From positions 53,384,001-53,448,000 of the forward strand of contig NW_024704742.1 of the NCBI RefSeq assembly GCF_018977255.1: 64,000 nucleotides of DNA, given 5' to 3'. Source of the stretch: Callorhinchus milii (Eukaryota). How positions within the stretch are numbered: position 1 is the first letter of the stretch; the number at the start of each line of letters is the position of its first letter. The position numbers and the translations under genes were made by a program. This document shows positions 38,059-51,419 of the stretch, piece by piece. The notes below the pieces were generated by a model. The model searched no databases, was not told where the DNA came from, and was given only the letters and a program-made list of their open reading frames with translations.

Positions 38059-38363
38059 TAATAATAATAATAATAATAATCCTTGCATTTGATATAGCGC
38101 TTTTCACGTCGGGAGGACGTCCCAAAGCGTTTAACAGAACACACTGTAAAGTGAATTGACTGTATATTTGTGGGCGAACGCGGCAGCCAATTGCGCACAG
38201 CAATGTCCCACAAACAGTCGTGGATTGAAAATGACCAATTTATTATTATTGTTTTGGGTTTTTGGAGGGATTATTATTAGGCGTGTGGAGTAAGGAAACT
38301 TGCCCAAGGTTTCGCCCTGCCTGGAATTGAACTCAGGTCTCTCGCTTGCAAAGCGAGTGCTCT
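38059..38363 (-). mobile_element. Young tRNA-Ala SINE, slightly 5'-truncated
   Basis: Near-identical to the other young copies; lacks the A-box end. Confidence 0.92.
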
Positions 38364-39559
38364 CAAGCGATTTCAAATCTACTGTATATCTGAAATTTCT
38401 TATGATTATGAACCATATGAACAATAAAATGTTGTCATGACAATATAGAAATTCAGGCCTCAATTACAATAGGCAGCTACTGTGTTTGACTAGGACATTG
38501 TCTTAAAATTTTAGATTGTGTGCAATTTTGAAAATTGTTTGTGTTCAGCATTAACTTGTATGCCAGTTTTCCGTAGTTCTACTTAAGTTTGTTTGGTTTC
38601 AAGAACAACAAAATTACATTTGCATAGCGCCTTTCATGTCGAGAGGTACTGGACAGACAGAGTTTCAGACCCGAGCTCAAGTATTTCAGCAAATAGATCA
38701 TCCAGATATATCAGAACAAAGGGTGTATCAGAATAAGCTCCTATTTAATATGAGTAGGCAAAGTCTTTGTGTCTTAAAATTAATGATTTATTTTTTGGGG
38801 GAATAACAAATGCTACTGGTCATTTTGATGAAGTCTTACAGAGCTCAGAGAAGAAGTTCAAGAGCAAACCACCCATAAGAGGAGCATTTCTAAGTGGAAT
38901 GATAAACAAAGAAACTATATAAGAGACAGCTAGAAATGAGCAGAATGGTTCCTTGCCATTTATTTGATCAGCAGGGAGGGGGTGTTCTTTAACAAATCTC
39001 TTCTCGCTTTCATACTCTGGATGCTGTTTCAGATCACTGAACCTATAGCTTTTTCACCATTAAATATTGGTGTCAAGGAAAGATCTGAGATAAAAGTACA
39101 CTCAATAATATGAGTTTTTAGGAGACAAGTAATTTATTTGGAATGATTATGGAATTCATTCCACAGTGCAAAACAGATAAAGCTGGGCAAACGTGTAATG
39201 AGTCAAGGTCCTGTAACTTTATAAGACAGACAGAGTTATAGCTGAGATGCTTGTAATCAGAATTTAGCGTTTTTACAATTTTTTTTAGATTTTCTTACTT
39301 TAAAATGTATTCTGCATAACAAAGGAGGCTAATGTATTGGGAAGTTTTTGAATTTTGCGCTATTGGCTAATTTCCATCCATTGTTTCCCTTCTGGATGCT
39401 GTAGCACTGCCTTCTGCCAATACTCTTCCAGTAATAATTTTCCTTCAAACATGCCTTTGCACCATTACAATGTATTCCCAAGGAGAATAAAAAAAGAAAT
39501 GTTTGGATCTTTTACTGATCTCTTATTATTCTGCCTACAGTTATGTAACCGTCTTCAAC

Positions 39560-40292
39560 CATATTGACCGGTTGCTCTCTTCACTCAGCTTAGCGCCTGC
39601 TTCATGTACCCCATGCTATCTGTCTCACCATCAGTGGATGGGCTTTACGTCATTCTGCCCCACTCTATGGAACACCATCTGGAGTCCCTCTGACTCACTC
39701 CCTCCCTCTCCCCATTCAAAGTCCGTATCAAGACATATCACTTTGAATGTGCTTTTAGTCATCTTTCCTCTCCCAATTCCCTCACCTCTTACCCACACCT
39801 TGGGGCCTAGCCAGCATTCCCAAACATTTTGAGATGTCCTCCTAACATTAAAGGTTTAACATAAGTGTAAATTCTGGGTTTACTTTGTATTACTTCTTAT
39901 TTACATGCATGGTCATTTATTTTTGGTCATACTTAGCTGGCAGGGGAAACACTATGACATGAAGGTGGTTCTCCCAGGACAAAGCTAATCCATTGCACTT
40001 CTGGTGTGCACACTCCTGCGATATCCCCAAATGCGGGATACTCGACTGAAAAATTTGTGGTAGTGGGGGACTGTGTTCGCGCTCTCATATGTTTTTTTTC
40101 TTCAAGACCCATCTCAAGACCCTCCCCTTCGACTGTGCCTTCAGTCTCCCTCCACCCCCTCCCTGCCCTCAACCCTCCTCAATTCCAATCCTCACCTTGG
40201 GTACGAAACATTGATTGTCAAGCGTTTTGGGACGTCTGCCCGACGTGAAAGTCACTATACACTAAACTATATAATTTTGTTGTTGTTGTTTT
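39560..40292 (+). mobile_element. Two L2 3' fragments (about 39560-39870 and 40090-40292)
   Basis: C-rich UTRs and gggacgtctgcccgacgtgaaag...(TTG)n tails. Confidence 0.7.
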
Positions 40293-41309
40293 AAAGAATT
40301 TTAGCAGCCATCGAAGGATATAACTAAAATCAATTCCAAAGCAAATTATGGTTTCCTTTCAGGATCAGATGATAAACTGGGGTTTCGCAGAAGAATTAAA
40401 ATAATTCATCCATCCTGAGTGCTTGGCGTTCAATAACATCCTCTTAAGAAGGTTTCTAATCCATCTTCGTACTGAAAACTGTGACTTGTGATGAGTTAAT
40501 TATTTCCGGCGTTCCGTGAAATGTATGCTCTGCAATCAGCATATCTGGCAGCCCACCTCCAAGATCATAAAAACAGGCCATTTGGACCAACTAGTTTCTG
40601 CCACAGTTTATTCTCGACATTCCCTCTCCCATGCCCATTTAAAAATACGGTGCATAGTTTCCATTAAATCATTAAACCAATTACATTTGTACAGATTTGA
40701 TAATGGTCCATTCACATAAATTGATCATTAATCCGATACATAGTCCACTTTAAATCTGCATTTGAACATTTGAAAGCAGGCCTTGTAAAAACACATGGAG
40801 CCCAATTCTATCTTCAGTGACAGCCTCCTGCCCACACTTGATGTTGCTGTGGGCAAACGGCCAAAGCCAAGTTTTGCAGGGAAAAGGCCCAAGTTTTCAA
40901 TCCAGAAGTAAATTCCAGCTGTCCTAAAGCCAATTATAGTTAATGTTTGCCTCCAAACTGCAATGAATTCTCGTGGGTGGTTTGCTTTCCACAGCCATGA
41001 TTGGAGGATTTGAGTGTCTCACTGTAATATTGTTTGTTTGGTAGTATTATTTATTTGTATGCTTCTGTCTCCTGTGTAAGACAAAAGTGCTGCAGCCCAG
41101 AAATTGTCAAAAGCTGAATGATTGGCTTCAGGTCTAAACTGCAGAAGTACTCAGCTTTTTGAAGCGTACCTCACCGACATGGGCCAGTTCAGTAATCCTC
41201 CTTGATTCCTGGAAGTTCAGGAAGTTCTAATTCATAGGATAATAGCTTCACATGGTGCACAATATCTGCATGTAGTACATAATATTTGCATGAAATATAA
41301 CAGTATATA

Positions 41310-41590
41310 GTAATTCTTGCATTTGATTTAATGCCTTATCACATTGTCCAGAAGTCTCTGCTTCACAGGAATTACTGTAAAGTGGTTGTGTATTTTGTAG
41401 GCAAAGGTGGCAGCCAATCTGCACACAACAAAGTCCCATAATTGGCCATGAAGTAAATTACCAATTTGATCTGGGGTTTGTTGGTCAGGGCACAAGGAGA
41501 ACCTCCCTACTCTTTTTGAATAGTGCCATGGGATCTTTAGCACCTGGACAGGTGGACAGAATCTTGTCTTAACATATCATCTGATGGACA
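41310..41590 (-). mobile_element. Old Deu-domain SINE
   Basis: ggcagccaatctgcacacaacaaagtccca...aatagtgccatgggatcttt. Confidence 0.7.
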
Positions 41591-42084
41591 GGCATAATGT
41601 CTGCATCAGGTTCAGAGTAGCAGCACAAAAGATGCACAAAAAATGTACAAGTAATCCAGCAATAACTTTTCCTAACACTCAATACTTGCTCACAGCATTG
41701 TTTTTATTCTTCACATCTTGAACTCCTAACCATAACCAAGCTGCCATGGGGGAATCATTGAATAGCAGTTAGTAGAGGCTTTCCTAAGCAGATGGAAATT
41801 TGAGGGTTGATGTCTCCTGGCTCCTGTTGTGTACCTTTTGTTTCCTGGCTTAACGAGTAATATTGGTAATGGTCCTTGGTGAGGTGCAGTGATTGACAGC
41901 CATAGAGGACACAATCACATGGAAGGCCCATCTGTCCAGAAGAGAACGGCACACGAGGAGAAGACTGAAGTAAGACAGAGGAGCAATGGGAATGATCCAT
42001 CCACTATTCTGCAGAATTCTTTTACATCATTTGTTTTTCATAATTCTGATCGAGCTTTCTGTTGGGTGAAAAGAAATGTTTTGA

Positions 42085-42230
42085 TGTGCGGAAGTGTGCG
42101 GGTGTGTATCAGTGTGTGTGTGTGTGAACTTGTGAATGTGCATTTGTGCATCTGAGTCTGAATGTGTGTGTGCCTTTTTATGTGTGTGTGTGCACATGTA
42201 CGCTTGTGTATGTGGAGGGTGTGTGTAATA
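42085..42230. repeat. Degenerate (TG)n microsatellite
   Basis: Interrupted TG dinucleotide runs. Confidence 0.8.
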
Positions 42231-42599
42231 AACATTGTTTGCTCCAAGTCTTAAAAATCTTAAACATATAATACAAATTTACATTTACATATTGTCAGGA
42301 TGATCCAATCACTGATATCACTGGATCTTCAATATATCTTCGAAGATATCTTCGACCGTGCCTTTGGTCACCCTCCTACTCCTAACCTCCCCCCCCTCCA
42401 CCCCTTCTGATCCCAACCACCAACTCGGGTGTGCATCCCTGACTGGCTAATGCCTTGGGACGTCCTCCTGACGTGAAAGATGCTATACAAATGTAATTTG
42501 TTGTTGTTGGAAGGCCTGATAGGAGGTTGCGAGTCTGTGTGATTACCTGGTATAAATGCATGGTGTGGCTAGTCTACTGCGGGAGAAAATAAAGCTAAC

Positions 42600-42930
42600 T
42601 CGCTGATCATACTTAATGATAGGGGTGAACATATAGCCACATGCAACACCAAGCAATGATTCCAACTATCTTGTTCTTGATTAAACATGTTTTGGGTAAT
42701 CTGCTTAATGCCTGTGTTGATATGCATAGGATATAAACAAATATGAATGGTTGGTACCAACAAGAATAATTGAATATTCCAGAGGCATTCTGTCCTTGGA
42801 AGTTAAAGAATTTGCGGTCCACATAATTGTTCTCTTGGACCAATGCCTTGGGTATTTTTTGTTGGCATGATCCATGTTTGGGTTTCTTTGTGCCCCATTA
42901 AGGCCAACAATCCCAAATGGAGATGGGTCT
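42600..42930 (-). pseudogene. Possible heavily decayed PIF/Harbinger transposase fragment
   Basis: Frameshifted motifs GIVGLNGAQ, YVDRKFF-NFQG, DSW..LLGVACGY, FTP, in the order and rough spacing of GAIDGTH, YxNRKG..NxQ, WLLGDSGY, LTP. Confidence 0.3.
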
Positions 42931-43569
42931 TCACTTCTTGGCTGTTTGTGGGACAATGTGGTGTGTAGATAGACTGTAGAGTTTCCCTACAAAATACACA
43001 GTCACTACACTTTACAGTATATCCTGTGCAACTCTTTGAGATGTCTTGCTCACATCCCACTCCTCCACCTTCACTAAGCTGGTTTGTGCCTTCAGCACAA
43101 CCCCTGACCGCTCTGCTCCACCATCGGCAACTATGCCTTCAGTCACTGAAACTCCCTGCTACAATCTCATTGCTTTGTCTCCCTTTGCCCATCTTTAAAT
43201 CACATGCAAAGACTTTCCTCTTCAACTGTGCCTATGATCACTCCCCTTTTCTCCTCGACTCAACTTCAAACTCTACCATTTTTCAGTCATTCAAGACACT
43301 TCCACTTCCGAGTGGAAGCCACAGCATAAATACAAGTTGTTGTCCTCCCATGGTGTAAGGCACCATATCAAATATAATACTAAAAATAATCATAACCCCT
43401 GAATCCTTACAAATCTAAGTATTATTATTTATCTTCTTTAAATTGGATGTTAATGTGATTTGATTATTTTTCATCTCAAATATTCATTTTTAGATTACCG
43501 TTTTGCAAATAATTTCACCATTTAATATTCTTTGTGGATTATTGTCTGTCTGTATAAATATTAGACTAT

Positions 43570-44030
43570 GGTGGACTATGAGATCAAATTTAAGCTGTAC
43601 TTTTGGCAACATGTACCTGTGATTTGAGGCAGTGGAAATGGATGTTGCATTGAAGCACTTGCAGGGGTAAGAGACGGTGCAGATGTGATGGTGGTGAGGA
43701 TGTTGAGAATGGTGGTGAGGGAGTTGTGCAGGAGATTGACAGAAGAGGTAAGCTTGAAGAGGGCAGAAGGCCAGAGGGGCAAGAGTTCAAAAGACTCAAG
43801 GGTAGTGGAGAGGGAATGGGGGATTATGTTTTTCCAGAAGTGGAAGGAGATGGTGGTAAGTGTGATGGCGGGGAGGGTGATGAGGGAGTTAAGGGAGATG
43901 AAGGATCAATCAGAGATGGCTTTGTCAGAAATGGAGCGACCACAGGTGATTACCAGGTCAAGGGGGTGGCCACCCATGATAAGAAGGCATTCTTAGTAGA
44001 AGCTGAGGCAAGATAGGGAGTTGATGGAAG
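43570..44030 (-). mobile_element. L2 internal fragment (endonuclease end and linker)
   Basis: Minus strand is C-rich and reads ...SDKAISD(WSFIS), resembling the SDH motif region of L2 APE. Confidence 0.55.
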
Positions 44031-44764
44031 ATAATGGTATTACTCTATGGTATTTGACTTCCATTAAGACATATTCTACAATAGGATTTATCATTTTCTA
44101 CAAGTATTCCACAAAGATTGAGATTTGCTTCATTTTCTTACTGTTTCAAAGTGTTCAGAATTCAGTAATTTGTTGAATTCTGTTTTAAATTTGAAGTCAG
44201 TTTTCTATGGTACTCAAAAGAAACTTACAGAAAACTATCTTCAAAATTAATTGATGATACAATAAATGCTATATTAAATGCAAGGTTTATTGTTTTATTA
44301 TAAAGAATATCTAATTTTAAAGCCAAATTGCAGTCAATCAAAGAAACAAAACAATCCTGGAAATAGGGAGGCATAAACAGATCTAAAACTGCTGCTCTAA
44401 ATTTTAGTCAGTGGCCTCTGTCATCACCCATGTTCTTAAGACTTACATTGAAACATGGTCACAGAGGGGCTAACATTCCTTTTCTCCATTAAAAACAGCT
44501 GTTTCCAAAATACTGGTCATGAGAAAATGTAATTCCCACAAAGGATGGGTAACTGCAATACATGTGTTTTTTATGCTGGTGAAGCAACCAAATCATTCAA
44601 TGTGCTGATGAAAGTGAAAAGTGAAACTGCAACATTTTTGGAGTAAATGGTTCAATGGCAATGAGTCTAAAGCCGATTATGGAAAATGAAACGTTTGAAA
44701 ATATTTGATAAGAAATTCCACCAGGCTCTTTATTGCTTCAAATTTTAGTTTGTGCTTAAGGTTG

Positions 44765-44980
44765 TGAGAGTTTGGGACTGTGGAATTCATTTCCTCAAAG
44801 GGCTGTTAATGTCAAGTCAGTGAGAACGTTTAAGAGGGAAGCAGATAAATACTTGGCTAGTGAGGATATCACGGGTAGGGAGAAAATACAGGCAAATAGT
44901 ATTGACTCACTGATAAGCCATTACCTAAGAAAATGTCAGAGCAGCCTCGATGGACTGAATGGCCTACTCTTGTTCCTTTT
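44765..44980 (+). mobile_element. Old CR1 3' end
   Basis: LWNSFPQRAV...FKREADKYL followed by gatggactgaatggcctactcttgttcc. Confidence 0.7.
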
Positions 44981-46077
44981 TGAAAATTTGCAAAATTCAG
45001 GATACTCTGAAGTAATACTTAAATTGAATAAATCTACACCCAGGTGAAAGTTTTTCTCAAATAAGTTCAATGACCAATTTTCTGAGTAGGAAGTGCAAGT
45101 GCATCTGCATTAAATTGCAAATCAGGGCAATGAGAAGGCTTAAAGATAGATTCATGCAACTGAAATGATAATGACTTAACTCAACTGGTATCCCATGAAG
45201 AAGCGCTTAAATGCTATCTCAGTGGATAATAAAAACTATTTTGTCCCTATTGCTCTTGAGCAGGATTGAACATGGAGGTTGAACAATTCTGAAAAAAGGC
45301 TTTGAACCAAATCATGTGCTGGGGGAGTGCATAGACTGAAATGTTGCCATTTGTTAACAGATTGTATGTTAATCTGTTGTGAAACACCACATTTTCAACC
45401 CACTGTAAATATGTTATAAAACAACACATTTTCAACCTAATGCTCTTTTGGTTTAGGATAAGAGCAGACAGGTTTCCTGTTTCCAACAGTAAAACAAGGG
45501 ATCTGAATTTAAGCTTAACCCATTACAACTCATGTGAAACTGGAGTATGTCACTTTGAAAAATATCTCGCTATGATTATTAAAGAAATACTGAAAAGTAA
45601 AAGATTAAGTACGTGGCCAAGGGCTATACATTTTAGAAAGTAATGAAAATAACCGTGGTGTGGTAAGCAGAGTATTCTTAGGCATGGCCAGCCAGGAGCA
45701 GAGTTTGAATTTGATTATTTTCTTTACAATGCTTCAATGGGGAGAATAAATGTTCCAAATGGGAAGATGGGCAGAGATTCCGCATCCTCAATTTCAATAA
45801 TGTGCCCAAATGTTAGTGCTGTCATTGTTGTACTTGAATTGACCATCAGGTATTTCAATGTCTCTTTGTGGGGTAATGTTGTACTAACTCAATTGGTATC
45901 CTACTGACTTGTGTTTGGCAATAAGAACCAGGGCTACAAGTGAGAAACCAGCGGTGAAGATCTTGGAAAGGCTAACGTTGCTGAAGTCAAGATGAGGGAA
46001 ACCACAGCAGCAGCAAGCCTTAGGTATACATGGAAAATTGAGAACTTTCATAACATCACATTCTGTAGCACGTGGCT

Positions 46078-46316
46078 GGGGAGAAATTCCAACTGGATCT
46101 GGATGTTCTCTATTTGTACAGCAATTTTGAGTGCCTAGAATTTGGCAAATTGTTGAAATCAATCATAACTTTGAAGTCGGATATCTACAGTTCTTAAAAG
46201 AACTTACTGAAAACTGGCTTTAAACTTTGGGCTGTATGTAAGAATTTGCCAAATTTTGGACGCTTTGAAATGCTAAACAAGTAGAGCAAATCTAGATCAG
46301 GCTGGAATTTCTCCCT
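46078..46316. mobile_element. Palindromic MITE
   Basis: Termini GGGAGAAATTCCA...TGGAATTTCTCCC with imperfect inverted arms of about 70 bp. Confidence 0.8.
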
Positions 46317-47670
46317 ACCAATTTCTTATTTTTCACCTTATTTCTAATATGTCTTCATGAAAAAAACTATAATGATTTTCTTGTATTCTGAGTGTTTTTT
46401 TAAAAAAAACTTAAGCAACCACCCAAATAATAAAACCTCATTAAACTACAGTAGGGTCCTAATATAATGTAATGGATGAGGTCAATAAAAAGAATCTGGG
46501 CCTTAACAGGGTACAATTGTTGGTCAGCATTTCCGATCTGCCCCTGAGTTTTAGTGCAGCTTTATGAGTTGCAGACAAAATACTATATATGTTAACAGTT
46601 GCCTTTAATCAGTGGTATCAGAAGTCAGGATCACTCTGTTACCATATACTCCAAAACAATCACACTTAATCTGGCGTCTTGAATTATAGTACTGCCATCT
46701 TGTAAAGCAAAGGTTGGTCTTCAGGACTGAGATTCAGATTTCATTGATGAAGCAATTCCAGATATCAATCATGGCCAGTGTAATACACTGTATTTTACAT
46801 AAGAGTGTTTACCTTTGAATCTTTATGGCCATATGGTCAACCTTAGATATAGGGAGTACAGTCAAGGCACCAGGATATTGGTTAAACAGTGCTGTCACCA
46901 CTTATTTGTCTGTCTCGCTCTCTCTCTATTATAGTAACTCTGTGTTCTTGATAGGGCATTATTCTGACCCAATCATAGTTACTGAAAAGAATTGGTACAA
47001 TTATCAGTCAAGAAATTATTGTTATACATCTTAGAGGCTTGAAACTCCGTCTAGTCTCAGCCACTAAAGCTATTTTATCTTATAATGCAAGGTTGTGCAG
47101 AATTGTTGATAATTTTTTAATTCAGTCTTATTTTGGAAACTGCCTTTTTTATGGGAAAGTAACTTCCAAATTAACACTGAATTGATTAACTTTTCACAAA
47201 TTTGGGGGAATAATGGGATGAAAATGCAAACATTTAATAACAGTTTCAATGTGATTGTGAAATATTGCATTTTTCTCCTCAGTGGTACAGAAATTTGAAA
47301 CCAGTTGAAAATATGTCAGTAGTTATTCATCTCTGGGATTGGTTGCCATGGTGCACTGTTCGGACTTGGCTCGCAACTATCTCCACTGCCTGTCAGCTGT
47401 AATTGTTGGAGGTGAAATGCTTTTAATCCAGTTTCTACTGGGCCTGAGTCTACTGCACCGAACTGCAAACACAATATCTTCTGTGAAGTGCTTTGAGACA
47501 TTTCAACGATCTGATAAGGTGCAAAATCATAAGCAAGGACTATTATTATTATTTCAGCATTAAATGTCAGTCTCAGTGAACAAGACGTCAAGGGCATTTG
47601 GTGTGAGAAATAGCAAAATTTACACTTGTAAGATACAGGGCGTTCTCTGTGTTAATTAAAAAGTTAGTTT

Positions 47671-47990
47671 GTGGAGTCCTGTAGCTCAGTGGTTAGAGCA
47701 CTTGCTTTGCAAGCGAGAGACCTGAGTTCAATTCCAGGCAGGGAGAAACCTTGGGCAAGTTTCCTTACTCCACACGCCTAATAATAATCCCTCCAAAACC
47801 AAAAACAATAATAAAATTGGTCATTTTTAATCTACGACTGTTTGTGGGACATTGCTGTGCGCAATTGGCTGCCGCGTTCGCCCACAAATATACAGTCAAT
47901 TCACTTTACAGTGTGTTCTGTGAAGCGCTTTGGGACGTCCTCCCGACGTGAAAAGCGCTATATCAAATGCAAGGATTATTATTATTATTA
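47671..47990 (+). mobile_element. Young tRNA-Ala SINE, full-length
   Basis: GTGGAGTCCTGTAGCTCAGTGG...CAAATGCAAGGA(TTA)n. Confidence 0.93.
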
Positions 47991-48049
47991 AAAAGCATTG
48001 CAGGGTCAGTTGGGAAAGCTTTATTTGCTTCTAACCAGTGCTTCACTTG

Positions 48050-48325
48050 ATGTGGGAAGGCTTGAATTTGACACTGAACAAAAATCAAGTAGAAATGTAC
48101 ACTCTTCCAATGATCGCTTTTCCAAGGGTAATAATTCCTCAAAAAAATTAATAATTTGGTCATTGAATCCACAACTGTTTGTTGGACACTGCTGTGCGCA
48201 ATTGGCTGCTGTGTTTTGCTCACAAAACATGCAGTCAATTAATTTTACTGTATATTCTGTGAAGTGCTTTGAGATGTCTAGAAGACTTGATAAGGCGCAT
48301 TATCAAATGCAAGGATTATTATTAT
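48050..48325 (+). mobile_element. Older-subfamily SINE copy
   Basis: gatcgcttttccaagggtaataattcctc...gagatgtctagaagacttgataaggcgc. Confidence 0.7.
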
Positions 48326-49021
48326 CATATCCCTTATTGTGATTTTCAGCAATTGTTATTAAACACCCAAGTTATGCACTTCTTTTTTGCCAACATCAAA
48401 TTGTAGCACAATGCAGATGTACAGTATTACAATATTGTTTGAATGTAGCTTTAACCATCCTGAATCATCTTACATTTCATCAAATGTAAGGATTACTATT
48501 AGGATTAATATTCAGAAAGAGGGTTATTGCAAGTAATACAACATCAACAGTAATTTAATCAGAATCCATGATTTTATTTAACAATAGCAAATTATGGAAA
48601 CAGATAGACATACAAGCCAATTTTTATTTATTTTGGAATCAGTGGCGTCAATGCAGAATATTACCTTATTAACTGACTAGATAGTGTAGATATGAAGACA
48701 TACAATGTAAAAGCTTGAGTTTGAGTGCTCTTTGTCTTCATTTATTGTTGAACTGAATTGTACTTTGATGTCCTTCTGAATGAAAGGTGCTATATAAATG
48801 TACAATTGTTGTTGTTGACCCTGGTGGATTCTATTGAAATTTGGGCAAATTCAACATTTGGTTTTCTGCTAATTCATAAAACTTTCAGGAGATTTAGAGT
48901 AATTATATTGACACTATAATGCAGAAACAGCACTTGTCTCATTTAAAAAAAACAAAGTGTGAAGAAAGATTCACCAATAAACAAGTTTAGATTTAACTAC
49001 TTGATGCAGTGAGAATATTTC

Positions 49022-49293
49022 CCGGCAGGGCGAAACCTTGGGCAAGTTTCCTTACTCCACACGCCTAATAATAATCCCTCCAAAAAACCCAAAACAATAA
49101 TAAAATTGGTCATTTTCAATCTACGACTGTTTGTGGGACATTGCTGTGCGCAATTGGCTGCCGCGTTCGCCCACAAATATACAGTCAATTCACTTTACAG
49201 TATATTCTGTGAAGCGCTTTGGGACGTCCTCCCGACGTGAAAAGCGCTATATCAAATGCAAGGATTATTATTATTATTATTATTATTATTATT
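49022..49293 (+). mobile_element. Young tRNA-Ala SINE, 5'-truncated, long (TTA)n tail
   Basis: Starts at ccggcagggcgaaacc; otherwise near-identical to the other young copies. Confidence 0.92.
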
Positions 49294-49499
49294 TAACATG
49301 TGAAACAGTTTTTCAAGGAAAGCACTGGAGGCCAATCATGTGGGTAGTTTAAAGAGACAATTGGATAATTTTTTGATGGGGAAGAAAATTGGCTGGGCAA
49401 AATGGGTATTTGAAAAGGGTCTGTCAGATGGATTGTAGTTTGTTTTCAGCTCCTGCACTTTCCTGGTTCTATGTTGGCTTGATTATGCCAACTGGTTGC

Positions 49500-49965
49500 C
49501 AGAATACTCAACTCTCTTCACAAACTGCAGACTATCCAACACTCTGCAGTTTCCTGCATTAAGCTCCACTAACCTATCACCCCCATCCTTTCCCAGCTCC
49601 ACTGACTCCCCATCTGCCAGGAGATCAAACTCAAGATCCTCATCCTAACCTTTAAATCATTCCATGGTCTCACCCCATTCTACTTCCTCAAGCTCTACCT
49701 ACCTGGCCAGTCCCTCTGCTCAGCCTGCTCCACATCATCCACCCTATCTCCATATCAGAGGCCCTAAGACTTGCTCCTTCCCTTGCTTCCTTCAAGGTCC
49801 ACCTCAAGACCTTCCTCTTTGACCATGCCTACAGTCACCTTTCTCCCCTGGCCTCTCTTGGCCCCAATTCCCCAGCTCAAGTTCAAAGCCTCAACTGTCC
49901 AGCCCTTGTGACATCCTTCTGATGTGAAAGGCGCTATATATATATGTAAATTTGTTGTTGTTGCA
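49500..49965 (+). mobile_element. L2 3' fragment
   Basis: KLQTIQHSA...LH*LPI..EIKLKILILTFKS-like sequence; gtgaaaggcgctatata...(TTG)n tail. Confidence 0.8.
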
Positions 49966-51419
49966 AGTGCAAATCAGATTTTGATAATTCTAGTTACATT
50001 TCATTTTACACTTGAACATGGAGCAGGTGAGAAGTACAACAATGTATTATGGGAATAAAAAGGGGATGCACTAGCTTGTGTGTTGGTGGCTGTTTGAACA
50101 GAAGGGATTCAGATCTGGGATCTACTGATACATGGCCTCACGTGCTTCCAATATGGTTGAGGTCTGAGATCAAGGGCAGAGGGAAATAAAATAAAAAGAT
50201 TTGCATTTCGAAAGCACTTTACTGAAATGTCTTGAAATGCTTCACAGGTGATAAACATAGAGGGAACGGAGGCCAATTTGGAGTTAGGGAGTTTGGATCA
50301 GTGCCCTGTGATAATTATTGTTAGTGATAATTATTCTATCACACTTACCTACATTAATATGAATGGTAATCTGCCTCAAGCTTCTATGCTACAATAAAAA
50401 CAAGTTGAAGTCTTGACCTTATCCACATCATTTATACCCCTTTATTCTGAAATCATCTTCACAACTCCTCACCAGTGCATTATTAATATTATTCTTTTGA
50501 AGGTAGTCTATATTTCATGTGTTAGAATAGTTCAATATTAAATAATTTAATTATCACTCGCTTACTTGATATCTTTCACTTCCATCGTCAGGTTTCTTGG
50601 ACACAAAAGAAGTCTTCTTCTAGCAATTGAAATATTTCAATTTATTTATTTCCCTAAATATTTCCCTATGGAAACAATGGAAAGCTATGGAAAGCTGCAG
50701 AAAAATCAGTTTATCAAAACCAAAACTGAATTCAGAGTTGACATGGCAAAGAATGTGTTCGGTTTCAGAAAGTTGACTGAGAAGCTGATCAATGCAATTA
50801 GTTCTGAAAAGCTTCACTTACATTTCCAAAACAAAATTTGCGCAATGTAAAAGGAACCCAACATTTTTCCTACCTCTTTATGTTAAAATCGATGTTATGT
50901 GTCAATAGCAATCAAGGAACTCGTACCCTGCCACACAAAGGAATGAATGAGCTTTTCATTCAGCACTGACACATTTCTACTCCTACCTTCCTGTTATTTT
51001 TGTTGGCAGCTAGCTACTTGCACCAGATATTTTTAAATCTGTATTTGCTTCTACAATTTTTTGCTTACTAAGACATTTCTGGCCCTCGGATTTCACACTT
51101 CTTCTTAACTTGGATGGAAGGCATAACTGTAGCTAGTGATTGTTCTCCTTGGGGAGAGGTAAGTAGCGGAAGCTGAACTGGATCCAAGGTGACATAGTTC
51201 ACAACAAAACATCAGAATTGAATCAATCCTCCATGGTGGTCTTGGTTTTCTGCTTGCTGAGCCAGGGGCATCCGCAGTGCTCCAAGGCACTCCAGGTGAT
51301 AGACCAGTCAACCTGGCTCATCGGAAGGACTTGCAGGGGTAGAACTAGATCCTATTAACTCTGCAAGCCACAGCCCTAATGAATACAACAACAACAACAA
51401 CAAATTACATTTGTAAACA

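Noticed and set aside
47671..47745. tRNA-Ala(TGC)-like cloverleafs here and at the other SINE heads
   Set aside because: They continue directly into the SINE body and tail and have a mispaired T-stem; SINE heads, not tRNA genes.
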